Positions 60,804-64,000 of a DNA stretch of 64,000 nt are shown here, one piece after another. This DNA is from Chrysomallon squamiferum (lineage: Eukaryota > Animalia > Mollusca). Both the position numbers and the translations under genes were made by a program. Location: assembly GCA_012295275.1 (NCBI GenBank), contig CM022677.1, positions 21,824,001 through 21,888,000 of the forward strand, given 5' to 3'. Numbering within the stretch: the first letter of the stretch is position 1; the number at the start of each line of letters is the position of its first letter. The notes under the pieces are model-generated. The model searched no databases. It was not told where the DNA came from and worked only from the letters and a program-made list of their open reading frames with translations.

Positions 60804-62415
60804 ATATGTAAGTTACTGTTAAAAAAAAACAGCCTGTCAACAGAATCATTTCTGTAAAGAAAACACAATTTAAAGAGAAATTATTTTCGTTGTATACTCA
60901 CATATCATTATTGTTACAAAAAAATATTACACTCCCAAAATAATTAAAATGAAAGAGAAATATACTATATGTTTTCAGGCCTAAGATTTGTCCTTCAAAG
61001 GGTCAATATATAAAAAAAAAAAAAAACTCATTTAATTAATTAAACTTAATTTTAATCAAGTTTTCACAGATGAAATTTTAAATTTTGTTCCACTTATTAA
61101 AAAGAATGTTATCCGAGTATACATTTAACAATTAATACATATATTATCATCAGTTGGCTTTATAAGATGATGTAAACTGCAACATGTGATGAAATTTAGT
61201 TTTTTTCCCCCAGTATGAATATTAAATTAATAATTATTTCTTTAGGTGTCCTTGTTAATTAATATATACCAACATAATGAAATCAGTAATACAGAAAAAC
61301 ATAATTTAAAAAAATAATTAAAAAAACAAGAAAACATATTAATGTTAGTTTCGAATCAGTGATCAAAAACATATTCTGAACAAAAACTTGTCACCCCTTC
61401 TATGTAGATTCTACCAACATCCTTTGTCCCCTATCGTGTGATTTTTCATTTCGTTAGTAAACGGGAAAATTAATGTTTTGAAAAAATAACCTATCGCAAA
61501 CTTTGATTAACGTAAAATCTGGTCAATACATTAAGAAATGAAAATGGTCAATTTTGTGAAAAAGAAAGAAGAAAATAGTGTTTTTGATAAAGAATGGACT
61601 GACCCAAAAACAACCACTCTTTCCTGGAACGTTCCATGAATGACGATAACATTCGCGCTATTTTTTTTCTTTTTCCTAATGTAGTGACTTCCGATGAGAA
61701 TTCAATAACAAACCTTATGTTTTAACCTTGTTCTTCATTTACACAGAATACGTTTTAGTAGTCACAACAATGTATGTACGAGTAAATGTTAATAAACAAT
61801 AAACAATGTGTTACGAAAGCTTTTTAAAATTATTTTTTTACCCAGTACGTGAGAGAGATTTCTGAACTTGGAAGCAGGCCAAGACACCTTACAACAGCTA
61901 GCACATTCTTTGGGGTAAAAGTATTCCTATGAAAAGCAGTTCTCCCGATTAATCCTTCGTTAATTTGATACTCCGTTAGTGAAATTGTGATAAATGAAGA
62001 AGAAATATGCAAACAAATGTTAAATAACTCACAAAAAACATTTTTCCATCGACAACTTATCTACGCCGACAGTGGACGAGTCCACTTTGACAAGCTACAC
62101 AAACGCAAATTCTGAAAAGTCTGTCAAAGAAAACTAATGGTCACATTTTATTTTAAAGTTTGCTACAGGAAGCCGAATATCATGCTGCATCAGATTTGAA
62201 TGAAATTACCAATGTAAATGATAGCGTTTGTACGAATCAGCCTTGTTTTAAATGATCTAGGTCAGACAACACTAGCCATAGGTTGCTGACAGATACAGTA
62301 ATATGGCTGTCACTATAAAAACCGATCATCTAAGAAATTAGATGCTGCATCGGATGGAAATAATTATTTATATCGGTTCTAGAAATATTCAGAAAAAGTG
62401 TCATATCTTACTTAC

Positions 62416-62500
62416 CAGAAAATATTTGACGATGACAACGATTTTTTAAAGATAATCCAGAGGGAAATCACCGCGGATACCCCACAGAAACTGATTCTAT
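62416..62500 (-). other. Probable non-coding first exon of Sin3 (5' limit approximate)
   Basis: A consensus donor CTG|GTAAGT lies at 62415. The ATG-containing exon has its own acceptor (tttcag, 58258-58256), so an upstream exon is required. Promoter motifs lie just beyond. Confidence 0.55.
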
Positions 62501-62504
62501 TTGG

Positions 62505-62580
62505 GTCTATTCGACGTCATTTTCCGTGAGCCAATCAACATTCGGTATTCATTTTGAACGTCATTGCGGGAAACACTGAG
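62505..62580. promoter_or_regulatory. Candidate Sin3 promoter: CRE-like GACGTCA, CCAAT box, CHR-like TTTGAA, E2F-like TTTCCCGC
   Basis: gacgtca near 62513-62519, ccaat 62531-62535, tttgaa 62553-62558 and gcgggaaa 62566-62573, in a locally CpG-rich patch. These are motif matches only. Confidence 0.5.
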
Positions 62581-62839
62581 TAAACATAGGCGAGTGTTTT
62601 GTAGTGATCTCCCTTAGATCGAGGTATCGATTTTTCTAACATGGTATATGTCTCGTACACAACGTGATTTTTCGAGATTACTCTGTTTCCCCTTTGACCT
62701 TTCTAAGTAAGAACTCAAATAAATAAAAAGTTAAAATGTATTAAATCGTTTAAATAACTATAATGAATTTTATTTTTTTCTATTACTTCTAAAACTCTGT
62801 ATATCTGTATTTCCTTTACAGAACATTTTATTTACGTCA

Positions 62840-62893
<54 letters not shown>

Positions 62894-63479
62894 TATGTTG
62901 TAGTGGTTGTTGTAGTATATACGTAGTTGCAATAGAATGAGAGTTTTCAAACAGAAGCTAATAAAATAGTCTCAGTTATTTGATGTGTGCACGATATTTA
63001 GGGGTAGACATTGATTTCTCTTATAAAACCCCAAATGTTTCTAAAAACTGGTGCTTAAAAATACTGAAATGTTTGTCGAGATAAAAATCGATATGTAACA
63101 CTAAGTCACAATTTATGTAATATTATCTATTATATTTTCACTGTTGGCAAGTTAATTCTGATTATAATGACGTGATATGTTTAATTAGAATTTTCTTCGC
63201 ACTACCTAGAAATATACCGTTTATTTAATAAATTACTGCAGATCTGTAAAAAGGAAAAATTAAATTTTATTTATTTTATTTTTTATTTATTTTACTTTTA
63301 GTTTTATTGTGAAATAAAAATTATATTTAATGGTTTTAATATGTTATCACTTATTTCTGCTAAATCACACATGTATATTGTTTATGAAAAGAGAAACAAA
63401 AGCAAGGAAAAATTCCATAGAAACGATTAACCAAACCAAACAAACAGCGCCCAGAGAAAAAGATAATAATAATAATAAT

Positions 63480-63536
<57 letters not shown>

Positions 63537-63574
63537 AATAATAATAATACCGGACGTTCTTTTTGAGTGCTATT

Positions 63575-63607
<33 letters not shown>

Positions 63608-63819
63608 TTTTATTATTTATTAATGTATGTCTTTATTTATTTATTTTTTTATTATTATTATTATTTTTTTTTTATTATTATTATTCTTTTATTTTATTTT
63701 TTTTTATTTATTTTTTTATTTTTTTTATTTTTTATTTTTTTTTTCTTTAATTGTTTGTTTGTTATTTTGAATTGATTTGTTTTCACTCTTACTCAGTTTT
63801 TATTTTGATAGATTTGCCA

Positions 63820-64000
63820 GTGTGACCCGGGGCCATCTTACCAGTATTATGGACCCCGCGGGCACAGAAATGTACCCTGAAAACTCCACCCAACCCCGAA
63901 AAATGTGCTAACATCAAACCATATCGTATATGTGCACTGCAGGGGCGTAGGCCAAAGGTGCCCCCGGGCAGGGCTACACCCAAATTTCCCGTGCTTCATA
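63820..64000. mobile_element. GC-rich patch with a CAGGGGCGTAG TIR-like start at 63940, possible DNA-transposon fragment running off the window
   Basis: Abrupt GC rise in AT-rich DNA and a TIR-like motif. The other end is not visible. Confidence 0.3.

Overview
This is very AT-rich, microsatellite-dense eukaryotic genomic DNA with GT-AG introns. A mollusc, probably an octopod cephalopod, is inferred from repeat content and gene families and is not proven. Almost all long ORFs in the supplied track are microsatellite artefacts. Three spliced genes were reconstructed by hand. (1) A 6-exon ependymin-related (EPDR) secreted protein on + (3685-6286, 223 aa). (2) A convergent 22-coding-exon gene on - (29505-7500, about 1,360 aa) that I do not recognise. 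It encodes a signal peptide, an S/T-rich region, two Sushi/CCP domains, 19 PAVPQSNR-type repeats, twelve small phase-1 exons (9-72 nt except one of 183 nt) and a Q/R-rich tail. All its introns are phase 1, and the assembly carries two frame disruptions. (3) A complete Sin3 co-repressor gene on - (58172-34381, 26 coding exons, about 1,359 aa) with a non-coding first exon and a CCAAT/CRE/E2F-like promoter near 62.5 kb. Non-coding signals include repeated local duplications of splice junctions, a CpG-decayed pseudo-exon, a GC-rich 68-bp intronic array with splice-like signals, and two intronic hairpins. No CRISPR array, rRNA, tRNA or intact transposon was seen.
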